64,000 nucleotides of DNA, from the NCBI RefSeq assembly GCF_036321535.1, contig NC_087437.1:21144001-21208000 (forward strand), written 5' to 3'. This stretch comes from Camelus dromedarius. Its lineage: Eukaryota. Shown here one piece after another: positions 1 through 13,608 of this stretch (the stretch's first letter is position 1; every line of letters starts with the position of its first letter). The position numbers and the translations under genes were made by a program. The notes beneath the pieces are model-generated. The model saw only the letters and a program-made list of their open reading frames with translations, had not been told where the DNA came from and did no database searches.

Positions 1-388
1 ATGTATGCATACTTGGCTCCCCTGCCAGATTTCTGGAGTTTGGTTAGCCCTGATCCAGGCACAAGGCCAGACACCAGGAATATAAGGGGATGAGGAGGCC
101 CAGTAAGAAGAGGTGCGAGGCTTTGAACCCCAAATCTGACACAGCAGGTGTCCACCACTAGGTGGTAGTGGTAACCAGCCATCTTCTTAGGCTCTCTGTG
201 CCTCAGCTTTCTTATCTTTTAAATGGAGATGTTGTCTGCTTTGCTTGGGAAAAAATAATATGACCCCAGGCTAGCAACAGAACTTGGGTTTCAAAACTGT
301 CACCTTTACCGAACAGCAGTGGGCTCTTTAAGTTACTCACTTTTCTGGACCTCATTACTCCTACATATACAAGGAGGTTAAACTATAT

Positions 389-774
389 CAGAGTTCTCAG
401 ACTGTGGTCCCCAGGGTTCCCGGTAACTTTTCAGGGGACGGACAAGGTCAAAACTATTTGCATAACAACATTCACAGCTTTTCACTCTCTCGTGAGTGTA
501 CTGTGGAGTTTTACAGAACCTACACAGTATGTGATAGCTTTGTTCTAATAACTTGTAATGAATGAGTTTATCACTGTTATTTTTAAGTGAATTAATACAT
601 TTAAATTTTTTCCAGTTTTCTTAAAAAGTAAATACATGTGTGTATGTATATATGTACACACACATATTTCATATATATATACATATATATATCTCCATCC
701 TTCGAAAACAAAAATGTCTTAATAATCTTTAAGTGTAAAGGGGTCCTGAGACCAAAAACTTTTGAGAACCTCTG
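389..774. mobile_element. hAT-Charlie non-autonomous DNA transposon (MER119/Charlie-like)
   Basis: Terminal inverted repeats CAGAGTTCTCA...TGAGAACCTCTG; the internal GGTCAAAACTATTT and AAAGGGGTCCTGAGACCAAAAA segments match the remembered family consensus. Confidence 0.7.
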
Positions 775-869
775 AACCAGACTTCTATAAGGTCCCAAAG
801 TCATTCATTCACTCAACAAGTAACTGCCCCTCCTGAGGCCGGGCATTTTTACATACCAAGGACAAATCA

Positions 870-1760
870 CACAGGGTCCCCGCTCCGACGGCGTTTACAT
901 TTGGGAGGAATGAGGCAAACAAATATCAAGACAACTTCGAGAGTAGTAAGTGTCACAAAGGCATAAAGCAGGACACGTGCTTCCTGCACAGTATAGCCTC
1001 GCACCGAAAGGCGCCCAGCCCTCGTCATGGAGTGGACCCCGAGGCCTCGGCCCTCGTGCTTGGCCAACCCCGGAGGCGCGGGGTTGAGGGGGGCGCGAGG
1101 GCGCGGGGAGGCCGGGATGCAGAGGGCGCGGGCGTAAGGTGACGTCACTGGGCCGCGTCAGCCAATCGCCGGCGGCCCCCGTCGTAGGCCCTGCGGTGGC
1201 CCGCGGCCTGCGGGCGGCGCTGTGGCACGTCAGACGGCCCCACGGAGCCGCCATAGCCGCCCGCCTCCCGCGACCCAACGTCTCCGCCGCCGGCCCCGCG
1301 CCGCCGCCATGGCCGACGTGGAAGACGGCGAGGAACCGTGCGCCCTGTCCTCTCACTCCGGGAGCTCAGGATCCAAGTCGGGGGGAGACAAAATGTTCTC
1401 TCTCAAGAAGTGGAACGCGGTGGCCATGTGGAGCTGGGACGTGGAGTGCGATACATGCGCCATCTGCAGGGTCCAGGTGATGGGTAAGCGCTGCACGCGA
1501 GGCCCCGGCCGCGCTGCGGCCTCCGAGGGCCCGGCTCCGGGCTTGGGGAACGGACCAAGCCTCGGAGAGACTGTTCCCGGGCGAGTCGGGGCGGGGTTGC
1601 CCTGCCTCGGCGCCCGGGGAACCGGCGGTTACGCCGGTGTTGCAGCTGGTTGGAGGGCTGCGGCCGCCGCCTTGGGGCCCTGGGGTCTTTTAGCAGGCGT
1701 CCAGCGCCGGAGACTGGTATTTTGGGGAGAGAAACGGGTGGTAAGCAGGGCAGTTAACCA
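870..1760 (+). promoter_or_regulatory. RNF7 CpG-island promoter (TATA-less)
   Basis: Very GC- and CpG-rich around exon 1; E-box CACGTG 974-979, palindromic CRE GTGACGTCAC 1139-1148, CCAAT 1162-1166, GC-rich tracts. Confidence 0.85.
1309..1483 (+). CDS. RNF7: RING-box protein 2 (RNF7/SAG/RBX2), coding exon 1
   Basis: Kozak gccgccATGG; encodes [18 protein letters not shown]...[26 protein letters not shown]; donor G|gtaag at 1484 (phase 1). Confidence 0.98.
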
Positions 1761-4700
1761 AGGAAATTTCAAGTAGTAATGGGTGCGAACAAGATAATAA
1801 AAGTAGATTTGATGGGAGCGGGGAGGAACCACTTCGGTTTGTGTGACCAGCCCCGGCACCCTTTTCTAAAAGCAAACAGCAGGGAGGTCAGGGTCAAGAC
1901 CCTGAGTCAGCGGGTCACTGTGATGGTTCTGGTGATGCTCTGGAATCATCGTCCACAAAAACGGCCCTTAGTCGTGCTCTGGAGAGGTGCAGGGAAGAAG
2001 TGTTCCTAGCAGTGTCCTTTCTGGATTAGCTACTGTTGTTCTGCTGGCTTTTAAATCTGGATGATTCAAGACTGGTCAGGTGGCAGTCGCTCGGCTTGAA
2101 GGGGAAGAATGTAAACCCTTGATTGTGAAACATAAAACTTCATCTCCTTCCTGGCCTCTCCATGTCATAGATGCCATTTCCTGGAAAAGATAGTGCCCTG
2201 AAGTCAGACCTTTCTGAAGAACCCTCTTTTACAAATAAATAAGTCTTACTTCTATGATTTTTTTTTAATAAAAATATTGGACCAAGTGAAACTTTTCAGA
2301 ACAGCTTCATCCCATTATGTTTTATATGGTTTCTGTCTTAAGATCTCAGACCACCTTGGAAAAGAAGTGCTGTTTAAATGTACATTATGTTTTTAAATAG
2401 GGCATTTAAAACTACTCTCAGCATCTCAAATGTTGTTCTTGAGGGTAGTTAGAGAACACTGAGGTTTATATAGTTTGAAAACTTTACGTCTGGCACTGAA
2501 AAGTGAGAGAATTGGAAAAAATAACTTAAAAATTGCTCTCCCTTCTTGAAGAATGAAAATGCAAACCTGCCAGAATCAAGAGATTTCTTAATTTACCCTC
2601 TCTGTAGTATGCTCTTTTCATTCATAAGGACTTATTTTAAAGAGAATTTATAACAAAGGGATTCAAATATTTTTTATTTTTCACTCTTAAAAGAATTTGA
2701 TTTCAGACATGGCCAACTTATAAGGCATGACTGCACTTATTTGCAGATTAGGCTTTAAAAGTACCTAACTTTATTGGCTTGCTATACAGTCCCCTTACCC
2801 TACCCCTTGCTTAAAAGCTAGGATCATAGTTTCTAGTTTGAGTGGCAACTTCTGTTCTTTTGTAAAACAAACTGTTAAAAAAATTTTATCCCCTAGATTT
2901 CCCTTAGTTAAAAAAAAAAATTCCTAAAAGGGCATTTTTTCTTTCTCCCCAAATAAAAATTTTTAAATAGTAAGTAGAAATGCAGAATTTAAAATAATGA
3001 TTGAGATTTTGAAACAAATAAACCTTACTGGGCTATTTCAAGTAAGTCAAAGTATGGGCTATAAATGACACATTCACATTAACTTTCTAATTATAGCAAG
3101 TATTCTTCTACTGTGGATTAATGTTGCAGATTTACAACAGCTGTACTTTGGTTCAGGAAAGTATTCTGAACTAGACCTCTGTATTTTGTTTATGAGGTGT
3201 TAAAATCCACTTAGTGGTCAGGTGACAGCAGAAGGAAGTTTGTTTTTTAGACTTCCCAGTCCATACCCTAGCATCATTCTAAAAGATATTACTATTATTG
3301 TACTCCTTAGAAATATGCTGTTGTAGATAATTGGAACATCATTAAAAGAAAATGTTTTCTTTTATATGAAACTTTAGGGATTTTTTATCCATTTAGGTCA
3401 GTTTTTGATAATGAATCTAAAAGATATGAGCATAATTCAGAGATTTGTAGATTCTACAAAGAGCCCATGTAATCCCATTTCCTCAATATTTGAAACTCAT
3501 CTCATACACTTACATAATTTGTTATGACTTCTTGATCTAAGATTTGCCTGTCAGCTCACTCTTCTCCCTTCATTCTGAAAGGAGCAGATGGCGAGCAAGC
3601 ACTGATGAGGACGCGGGGAGGGGAGTAAGTTGGCTGAACTGTCGTGTGATAGAGAGCCGGCGCAGCCGTCCACAGCTGCATGTTAGCTTGGACATTTGAC
3701 ATAACCTTTTGGAGCCTTGTGTTTCTAATTTGTAAAAGAGGCAGCTGGGCTCCATGAATTCTAATTCTGTGATTGCCCAGAACCAGAGCCATGTCTTCAC
3801 GCTTACATCATCATCCTTATGATTGTTAGTAGTTTGCCTGTCTCCCTCCCCGTTTGCTCTTGGGACCAGGGACCCAGACTCAGTCATTTTGGTGTCCCCA
3901 GTGCATAACTCTGCACAGAGTAGATATTCAGTAATTGTGGAATTGAAGAAAGCCTCAGGAGGCAGTGGTTGTTTTTAATCCACACTGAAGAGGCCAGGGT
4001 GGTGTGTTTTTTTAAGGGTGAGAGCATGCAGAGAGGAGCAAACAAATGCCTGTGCACAATCCAGTGTAAGAAGAGAAGCAGGCTTCAACTCCACCATTTC
4101 TATTTTTACAGAATTATTTTTCTCCAATTTATGTTAAAAACTTCTTTTTTCTGTTAGTTTGAACTTCCTTTTACCCAGCTTTGACTCCTTCCAGCAAGTG
4201 AATGAATCTATTTCATTGGTTCCTAAAATATTCTGTATTACCTCCTTCATCAAACAAATAGTAGTATAGATTGAATTTTGAAAACTTCCAGTATACCCTT
4301 TTGGTTCCCATTCCTACTGTTAACTCCCAAGTAGTTTATTAAAGTACTTTACCGTTGTTGGGTAAATGCTTTGAGCTCAGACTTATTTGTAAAGGGAGCA
4401 TTTCCTGAAAATAAGAAAGAGAGAGAGAACCTAGTGTTTAGAGTTTCTTACATTTAATTTTTATGTAGATTATACAGTCACATAATTTAAAAATTTGAGA
4501 AAGTATACTCCTTTCCATTTCATCCCCTCCTGGGTAAATTTTATTATTAGTTTTTTGGTATCCTTATAGAGGTTGTATGTATGTATAAGCAAACACCAGT
4601 ATATATGCATGGCTTATTTAAAAGAGTGTCTTGAAAATAAACTACCCATAAGGTTGACCTGTGTGAACATGCCCAGTGAGCTTGTAACAACTTCTGATAC

Positions 4701-5003
4701 AATGGAGTATAGCGAATTTTTCTCTGGTGGTAACATCCACTGTCAGGCCATCTTTTCATCCAAGGATATAAAAATACAGGGTCAGTAACCTTTGTGAAAT
4801 TGGCTTCTGGTCATAAGTAAATTAGTAGAGTGCCTGATACTTTATTTATCTTTGAGCAGTTATGTTCGGATGAGAAATTAATAGTATGAGTCTTTTCATC
4901 TACATCTCTAACCCTTTGGGCCTTTATTTGACTTTGAAGTGTATGGGCTTTAAAAATTGCATTCTGAGCATCAAAATGAGAATTGCTATTTGTTTACTTT
5001 TAG

Positions 5004-5051
5004 ATGCCTGTCTTAGATGTCAAGCTGAAAACAAACAAGAGGATTGTGTTG
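5004..5051 (+). CDS. RNF7: RNF7 coding exon 2 (48 nt)
   Basis: ttttag|ATGCCTGT...GTTG|gtatgt; encodes DACLRCQAENKQEDCV. Confidence 0.97.
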
Positions 5052-6681
5052 GTATGTTGTAATTTTGTTCTCTTGCTTTTTCAACTAAAGGCTTTCTCTC
5101 AGTGGGGATGTTTGCATTTGCAATTAAGATTGACTTTATCAATACACAAAAATAAATGTAAAGCAGTGATCCATTATTAATATAAAATGTATTGGTTGTC
5201 AAAAGGCTTTAATGGAGTTAATCTCCAAGTCCTTTAATTACTTGTAAGAAGAATTGGTTATATATTCTAGACATAGGTGTGGTAAACATTCTGATAATCA
5301 AAGAAGGAAATAAGTCTTAAGAAAATTATAAAATAAGGAATTTGCCAGAACATTCTTTAAATTTTGAGTATGTTACAGGTCAGTTTTTCATCAGTTAAGA
5401 CTATTCTAACAAAGCATTTCAATGTTCAATACCCTTCTATGATCCAGTATTTAATTTTTGTACTAAAGTAGAAACAATTCTAAATTGCAAGTTTTTTCTT
5501 GGAATGTAGTTTACAGATAGAAATCTATTAAAGTTTACTTACAGGCTGGACTATAAAAGTTGTCTTAAGGTAAATATTTTAAGCAATTCAAAGGTTTTTA
5601 TGTCCTAGTTCTTGAGGTCATCAGCTCTAGATTACTATATAAAAGTGTTTAAAGGTTTTCCTGGAATAAAAGGGTAACTTTGTACTTGTGTGGTTTACAT
5701 ACAGCTTCTTAATGATTTATGTAGTTTTGATCAAATCCTGTTTCTTCCTCCAGGAAGATTTAAAATGAGCCCCCATTGCTTCCTACCCCCACAGCCAATT
5801 TTCATAAGAAGGGTGTTTTTTTCCTTTTTTCTTTCTTTTTTTTTCTTTTCCCCTATTTCTTTCATTGTTCTCTCAAAGCTCAGTTGGTCAAGTAAGGGAC
5901 AAATGAAGCCCATGTTTGAGATTGTATTCCAGATTGTGGGTGATTTCCCTTGGTTTAAAATTTTTCTTTCTTGCTGTTTGTTTTAAAAAAATATTAATTT
6001 GGGAATTGTGAGCTATAGACCAGCTTTCTTTGATCACAGAGAGACCCCTCTTCTCTTGAGTGAGACCTCTCTTTCAAAGCCAGCCACTTTGAAAGTTCCA
6101 TTCTGCTTGTCACATGTACAATTACACTGCTTATGGATGACTTAACACAGTTCATCAGCACTTCTAGAAAACAACTCAGTAGATGTACAACTAATAATGT
6201 TTAGAAGCATGTCATCTATTTATATAATAGCCTATTATGAGCTGAAAACATTTAAAAGTCATTATATCTTGGTAAATAAAAATCAGGAGGATGTTTTTCA
6301 ATAAAATAAACCCTAAAAGGTCTCCAAGGTTATTGCGTGACTGAGATGGTCTGGGATCAAAGGAAGACTCAAGTCTTTTAATCTCCTAACTTAAGAAAGG
6401 CAGCATGTGGAACTATGTAAGAACTCGGGGCCACCACATCACCCACAGATTCTAAACAGTGCTGGAAAGTTCCCACAGTGCCTTATCTCATTTCTTAAGT
6501 GTAATTTACAAATGTAAGTTTCTATTTCTTTAAAGCAAGAAAAAATTATTTTGACTAATTAACCATCTTTATTCAAGATTATGAACCATAATTATTACAT
6601 AATAGAAAGTAAGCTAGAATTTTGAGTTCAGCCATTTACGTTGAAATGTGTAATGTCAAATACTCTTTTTCCTTCTTTCAG

Positions 6682-6800
6682 TGGTCTGGGGAGAATGTAA
6701 CCATTCCTTCCACAACTGTTGCATGTCCCTGTGGGTGAAACAGAACAATCGCTGCCCTCTCTGCCAGCAGGACTGGGTGGTCCAGAGAATCGGCAAGTGA
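6682..6800 (+). CDS. RNF7: RNF7 coding exon 3
   Basis: tttcag|TGGTCTGG; encodes VVWGECNHSFHNCCMSLWVKQNNRCPLCQQDWVVQRIGK*; spliced CDS 342 nt = 113 aa with RING-H2. Confidence 0.98.
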
Positions 6801-7006
6801 GAGCGGTGGAAGGTTCTCTTCGTGCAGTTGTTCAGAGACCTGGGGATTCTTGCTATCAAGTGCCCTACAAAGGCTGGAACTCTCCAGGGGACTAATTCTT
6901 CGATTAGGAGGAGATGGATCTGTGGTCTTCTAGGACTCATCAAAGGCATGGTTTAGCCTTTTTCAGTTTTATTTTCAGAAATTCTCTACAATTAAGAAGA
7001 TAATTT

Positions 7007-9162
7007 ATTAAAGATGGTCTTTCCTACCTCTGTGGTATGTGTCTCACACACTGCTTAGAAGTGCTAAAAAGGAGAGGACTAAAAATTGAACGACCTTTAT
7101 AATCTATGTACTCATATCCAAGGGGCTGTGGAAGCAGTTCTGTTCAGAACAGAACTTTTTGCATGCTTATGGTGGTTCAGTTTAAAAAATGACAACCTTA
7201 TACTAACAAATAAAGTGCAGTTTAAAACTCAATTCTTATCCTTAATCTGTTCCTGATATTTATTTTTGGCAGGGAAGGGGATGATTCATGAAACCTTTTT
7301 TGATATAATGAGAATTTTAAGTTTGGACCAGTGAATAAAATTTAACCTTTGAGTGTGTGGGGTTTCTGTTGTCTCTTAGGTTATCATCTTCTACCTTTGA
7401 CTTATCAAGAAAACAGATCTGCATTCGCCTCACCATTCAATCATTGAATAGTAAATGAGGAGTATTTTCAAGTTCTGGTCCGATTGGGTTGTAATTTAAC
7501 TGTTTTAGGTGGAATGTTAATGAGGGGAAAATGTTTACCATTGTAGTATTGGGTGAAAAAGTTTATTTTATCACACAGTGTTCTAATAAATGGCTTATTC
7601 TGTTTACCTCATTTGAATGATCATTATTGCAATTTTATGCACAGCCGTAGAGTTATTAATAAACTAATTTGTCAAGTAAATGCTTTTGTTTACTTTTTAA
7701 AAATATTCATATACTCTTTCACTGATAATAAAACTTTATTACCTGGAAACATAAGTTTGAAAAAATACTTAAATTTTATCAAACTGATTCACATTCAGTT
7801 GAGGTTATCTTGGAACAATTTATGGACTACAAGTCCATTTTGAATTTTTCTATAATAGAGGCTACTGCTATGCATTTAAAAAACTAAAATCTTAACCATT
7901 CACTCCTACAGTTTCAGAGTTTGCCAGTCTGAGTCTTTCTAAATCTAAGGAAGAAGGTGGATACATAAAAGAATGTTAAAAATGTAATAATTAAAGTAAA
8001 AATTAGAATTCTGTCTGCATTCATTTGACTACTATTTATTAATCAGATTTCTTGTAAATTTTTGCCATATCTTTTCAGTCTACTTAAAGAATTAATTACA
8101 ATAAACAAATACATTTGACCATTTGTGTTTCTCACGCAATAAACTATTTTAGCAGCTCCTTGACCTTTTTCAAAGGTTGTATCTATAAATTGTGAACCAA
8201 ATATTTGCTTTGCAGTGAAGAGAGGGACAGTAAGAATGTTGAGTTATTTTGGTCAGTATGACAGTATATAAATGAAATGTGGAGGATGGTGGTAGTAAGT
8301 TGATTTCCACACAGCAAGACCACAGGCCCACCACCTAACAAGCTCTGTTTCTACTGCACATCAGCATCTCAGGGTAGAAGAGGAGGAGGGACTGGGACAA
8401 AGCGGCGCTGATCCTACCCATCCTGGGATGACACTAGGTCCTCTGCACAGCCGTCTGACGTTTAGTTCATGTTGTTTCATCAGAACACGGTGTGACATTC
8501 AGGAGTTCCAGTGCAAAAGTTAAGCATTGGAAAGGTTTTTCTTTCCATTTGATTAAACAATGTTGAGTTTTACTTCACTAGTGTATTGGAAACAGACGTT
8601 TGTCATCTTTGGCTATTTAATTTTTTTTCTATGCAAGTTGCATTCTTGTATTACAGCTGACGTGTAAGTAAATCTCACCCTACCAAACCCATTACTTCCT
8701 TTTTATAAAAAATATATCCCTTTTATCCTGAAGTGAAATTCATAAATGTCTCCACACATAATTAAAATATATAATGATAACATTTGTAACATTAGAAATG
8801 AAAGGAATTTCTAATTTATTTGTATTTCAGTGTGTAAATGCTTGGGCGCAATTACACCAGAAGACATAATGAAGTGGGCTGATCAGTAGGGGTGTTGGGG
8901 GGCGGGGTGTGGTGTGCGTAATCACTACACAAAGGCAGCAACAATGTAGACTGTTGGGACTCAAACATGAGGAGTATTTCCATTGATAAGACTTTCCCCC
9001 CAAAATGGTGAATTGTGCTAGTAAAGTTCCAAACAAAACAAATGTCCAAAGTTGATTTACATTTTAGTTGCATATTTGGAAACTGCAGTGAATTTTAAAG
9101 CTGGGCAAAAATCTACTTTGTGTTTATATATAAAAAGTCAGTTTCTAGTTTCAGATAATAAA
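7007..9162 (+). terminator. RNF7 3'UTR with candidate alternative polyadenylation signals
   Basis: ATTAAA 7007-7012, AATAAA 7209-7214 followed by U-rich sequence, further AATAAA out to 9157-9162; usage cannot be determined from sequence. Confidence 0.5.
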
Positions 9163-10341
9163 CAGATTTTTCTACTGCATAAGTGGATATTCAGAAGTCA
9201 TACAGGATGCTGAACTGTCTCGTCATGTGAGACTGTCCCACACTACAAGACATCAAACTTCCCTGGCCTCCACCCCACAAACACCAGTGACACCATCAAT
9301 CTTTGTGCTATCCCCAGAAAACTCATTTCTGAAACATCCCCTTTAGAGGTAGCATTGGCTGGGGGTGGGGGTGGGGCAATAGTTTAAGTGATTGTACATG
9401 GAATTATAATGAATACTTCGCTGCCATGATCTCCCAGTCTCCCAGAAGTATCTTAAAATGACACACAGAATAATTTTTTTTTAAGTATAAAGGGTTTAGA
9501 ATTTTGAATAGCTGCTATCCTAAAAAGAAGAGTTCATGGAGCCAACTCTCACTGATCGGTGCACTTTTCTCTAGAGATGTAAACAACTATTTAGTGTTTA
9601 ATACCTAGGACACTTATGTGATGGTGAATATTCGCCTGACAGTCCTCTAGGCTTAAAGAATAAGCCTAAAATTGTTTTACATAACTGAAGCTAATATAAA
9701 AGCATTTAGGATCAGAAAAAAATTGTAAGTGTTCCTTTAGAAGTTTAGTAGACATCGGATAAGAAAGGTAACTATTAAAAAAATGCTTTGTTGCTTTTTT
9801 AGATTATTGCCACAGGCTGACTTTGGGTAATGCTCTGAAAAGAAAATGAGCAAATGTCCATGTTTACTTTAGAAAGCCCTTGTTCAAAAAATAAAAAAGT
9901 ACTTAAAGAAAATGTTACCAATTTAGATATAAGGAAAATTGGAATTAAAGTACAAACAAGTTTTAAGCTATTTTATATTGGACGTTTGAGTGCTATAACA
10001 AAATACATGAGAAATGCGCACATGAAAGTTCCTCTTTTGCCATCTTTACATTATTCCACTCATCTGTTAACATTTTTTTCTAATCATTCACTCAACACAA
10101 TTAAGAAAAGATTTTATAAATGTTGAGCTCTTTTTAATTTTAGGTTTCCCATCTTAGTAGAAATATTTCATCAGATCTTGCAGATATGAATATAGGAGTA
10201 CATTTTTTGACCACTTGATTTTGGGGATATCCACATGGTTTAGAAAAGCAATCTTTTTTTTAAAAGCACTCAGTTTTCATCTTCATAGACTTTCAGAGTA
10301 GTAAGGAATACGCTTTACAATTAATCTCCTATCTTGGAAAA

Positions 10342-10543
10342 AAGTATGGAGATTCCTTAAAAAGCTAAAAATAGAGTTACCATATGATCTAGCACTCCCA
10401 CTGTTGGGCATATATCCAGAGAAAACTCCAATTTGAAAAGAAACATGCACCCCCAATGTTAATGGCAGCACTATTTACAATAGCCAAGACATGGAAGCAA
10501 CCCAAATGTCCATCGACAGATAAATGGATAAAGAAGATGTGGT

Positions 10544-10592
<49 letters not shown>

Positions 10593-11078
10593 AATATTAC
10601 TCAGCCATAAAAAAGAATGAAATATTGCCATCTGCAGCAACATGGATGGACCTAGAGATTATCATACTAAGTGAAGTAAGTCAGATAGAGCAAGGCAAAT
10701 ATCACATGATACCACTTATATGTGGAATCTTTAAAAATGACACAAATGAACTTATTTACAAAACAGAGACAGACTAACCAACATTGAAAATAGAATTATG
10801 GTTACCAAAGGGAAAAGAGGGGGAGGGATAAATTAAGAGTTTGAGATTAGCACATAAAAACTACTATATATAAAATAGATAAACAACAAGGTCCTACTGT
10901 ATAGCACAAGGAACTCTATTCAATACCTTGCAATGGCCTATGACACAAAAGAATATGAAAAGGTTGTGTGTGTATATATATATATGTATATGTATGTGTG
11001 TATATATATGTGAATCACTATGCAGTACACCAAAAATTAACACAGCCTTGTAAATCAACTATATATCAATAAAAAAAA
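10342..11078 (+). mobile_element. 5'-truncated L1 (ORF2 end plus 3'UTR) containing (CA)n at ~10546-10590
   Basis: CCATATGATCTAGCACTCCCACT, AACCCAAATGTCCATC, CAACATGGATGGACCTAGAG, terminal AATAAA plus A-tail. Confidence 0.9.
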
Positions 11079-11465
11079 TACATAGCATAGAACAAGCTTT
11101 GCATGGTTGGTAGAAAGTAATCATCATCTACCTCTTTGGTAGCAATTCTTAGACTTTTATCGTAAATTAACCCCTGCAGTGCTACTCCTGCCCTGCTTTT
11201 TCTACTTTTATAAAGATTATATATTTATAATACATATTTATTACATATTTATAATAAAATTATATTATTTATTGCTTGCTATGACAGTAGAAGGAATTTG
11301 AATACATGTAAGTTTTCTATCTTCAGAGATGGCAGGGCCTGTTAGGGAATTTTAGGTTTACAACAGAATTGTAAAGTGTAATGTAGTGAAGCTTCTCAGA
11401 AACACACGGTGAGTGCCCTGGGCAGCAGAAGGGACAGATTACATTCACTTGCAGCAAATACAGTA

Positions 11466-11783
11466 CAGTCAGCCCCCGGGTCTGCTGCTTCCACACAGTG
11501 GATTCAACCTACTGAGCCAAACATATTCTCAAAAAAAAAAAAAAGTTACAGAAAGTTCCAAAAAGCAAAACTTGAATTTGCCAAGTGCTGGCATCTATTT
11601 ACAAAGCATTTACTTTGTATCAGGTAGCATAAGTAATCTAGAGATGATTTTAAGTATGGGGAGAATGTGTGTAGGTTAAGTGCAAATACCACACCATTTT
11701 ATATTAGGGACCTGAGCATCCCCAAATTTTGGTGTCAGGCAAGGGTCCTGGAACCAATGCCCCTGGATACTGAGAGATGACTA
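11466..11783 (-). mobile_element. MER2/MER2B-like Tigger MITE
   Basis: TA|CAGTC...GACTA|TA ends; GTCCTGGAACCAAT and AAGTAATCTAGAGATGATT motifs. Confidence 0.8.
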
Positions 11784-12102
11784 TATATGACTAAGAGGAC
11801 CGTTTCTTGTGTGGTTTATGAAAACCCATTTCTATTTTATCTAACGGCCTGTGGTATACATGAGCCCCATAGCATTTCTATGGAGAGAGCAGGCATCCCC
11901 TTGTAATAGTTGTTCACATCGCTTCCCCTTGCTTGCCTACCTACCTTGCCTTCAGTTCCAACTTCACTCCACACACCTTCATGTTTCCCTGGTGGTATCC
12001 GTCTGTGTAGGGAAAAGGGAGAGGGGAGCCTGCCCATATAAAAATACTTCCTTAAGGAATAAAATAACGTATAAAATCTCTTCTTTCTTGAAGGGTACAG
12101 AT

Positions 12103-12430
12103 CTGTGCTATTTCATAGTTTAGCTTCTAGCCACGTGTGTCTATTTAAATTTAATTTTAAATTTAAATTAATTAAAATAAAATTTAAAATTCAGTCCAGG
12201 GGGTGGGGAATAGCTCAGCGGTAGAGTGCGTGCTTAACATGAACGAAGCCCTGGGTTCAATCCCCAGTACCTCCATTAAAAAACAAATAAATAAAATAAA
12301 TAAAATTCAGTCCCTCAGTTACACTAGCCACATTTCAAGTGGCCAGTAGTCAATGTGGATGTGGCTTCCACATTGGATATCACAAACAGAACATTTCCCT
12401 TGTGGAAAAAATTTCTGGCGGACAGTGCTG
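12103..12430 (-). mobile_element. MER3 hAT MITE interrupted by a SINE
   Basis: CTAGCCACATTTCAAGTG, AT-rich core, GGACAGTGCTG end. Confidence 0.8.
12198..12300 (+). mobile_element. tRNA-Ala-derived camelid SINE (Vic-1-like)
   Basis: A box TAGCTCAGCGG, B box GGTTCAATCC, A-rich tail, 13-nt TSD TAAAATTCAGTCC (12185-12197 and 12301-12313). Confidence 0.9.
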
Positions 12431-12790
12431 GTGTAGATCATCAGTTTATAAGGTCTATTCTATCAGAATTAAGGAATCATGGGAGCCTTAGGTACATCAA
12501 ATTCTGTTTTAAGTGACCTTCCACCTTTCCTTTAAAAGATTATCTCTGGAAACTAGAATGTTGAATATGAGCCTTATTTTACTTATTTTAATTAAATCTT
12601 ATCCTTGACAAATAAGAAGAATTAAACATTTTAAAACTTAAGCTGGTCAATGTATTGCACCTCGGGGAGGAAAACTCAAATACAGAGATTTGAAATTATA
12701 TGAGACAACCCTGTATTAAGTATTAAAAAAGATTGTTGACGTAGTTTCCTAAAGTTTTGTAAGAACTTCTTATATTTTCAAAATGACAAT

Positions 12791-13090
12791 TTTTTTGTTC
12801 TGTTTTTTATTTTTTTATTTTAATTTTTTAATTGAAGTACAGTCAGTTATAATGTGTCAACTTCTGGTGTACAGCACAATGTTCCAGTCATGCATATACA
12901 TACATATATTCGTTTTCATATTCTTTTTCATTCAAGGTTATTACAAGATATTGAATATAGTTCCCTGTGCTGTACAGAAGAAACTTTTAAAAATCTGTTT
13001 TTATATGTAGTGGCTAACATTTGCAAATCTCAAACTCCCAAATGTATCCCCTCCCAGCCCCTTTCCCCCAGTAACCGTAAGATTTTTACT
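12791..13090 (-). mobile_element. 5'-truncated L1 3' end
   Basis: T-rich tail, TTGAAGTACAGTCAGTT, ATAGTTCCCTGTGCTGTACAG; flanking AAAATGACAA repeat. Confidence 0.85.
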
Positions 13091-13158
13091 ATGAAAAATG
13101 ACAAAATTTTAAACTATAAATTCATGTAGCTGCTTTTGTGTCCTGGATAGATTTATAG

Positions 13159-13375
13159 CAGTGGGTCTCAATCAGGGGTGATTTTGCCCTGCAGGGGACA
13201 TTTGGCAATGTCTGGAGACACTTGTGGTTCTCACAACTAGCGACAGGGGTGCTCCCGGGATCTAGCAGGTGGAAGTCGGGATGCTGCTAAACATCCCACA
13301 GTGCACAGGACAGTCCCTTACAACAAAGAATTATTGGGCCCAAAATATCAATAGCACTGAGGTTGAGAAATCTTG
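13159..13375 (+). mobile_element. MER20 hAT-Charlie MITE
   Basis: CAGTGGGTCTCAA...GGGGACATTTGGCAATGTCTGGAGACA...GAGGTTGAGAAATCTTG. Confidence 0.9.
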
Positions 13376-13608
13376 GTTAATGTTAATGTGTGTACCTTTT
13401 AATAACATTTTTGAGAAGTTGGAATTCCCTATTAGAAACTTACTAAAATATGGTCAGTAGCAACAATAAAATTTGTATAATACTATGTGCCAAATTCTCT
13501 TCTAAGGGCTTTACAAATATTAATTCATTTAATCCTCACAAAAATCCTTTGCCATTATCATTAACTCTTTTTACAGCTAAGGAAACATAGACACTAAAAG
13601 GTTAAGTA

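Noticed and set aside
1222..1776. 184-aa ORF as an extended RNF7 protein
   Set aside because: Non-ATG start and read-through into intron 1; the true CDS starts at 1309 and splices at 1483
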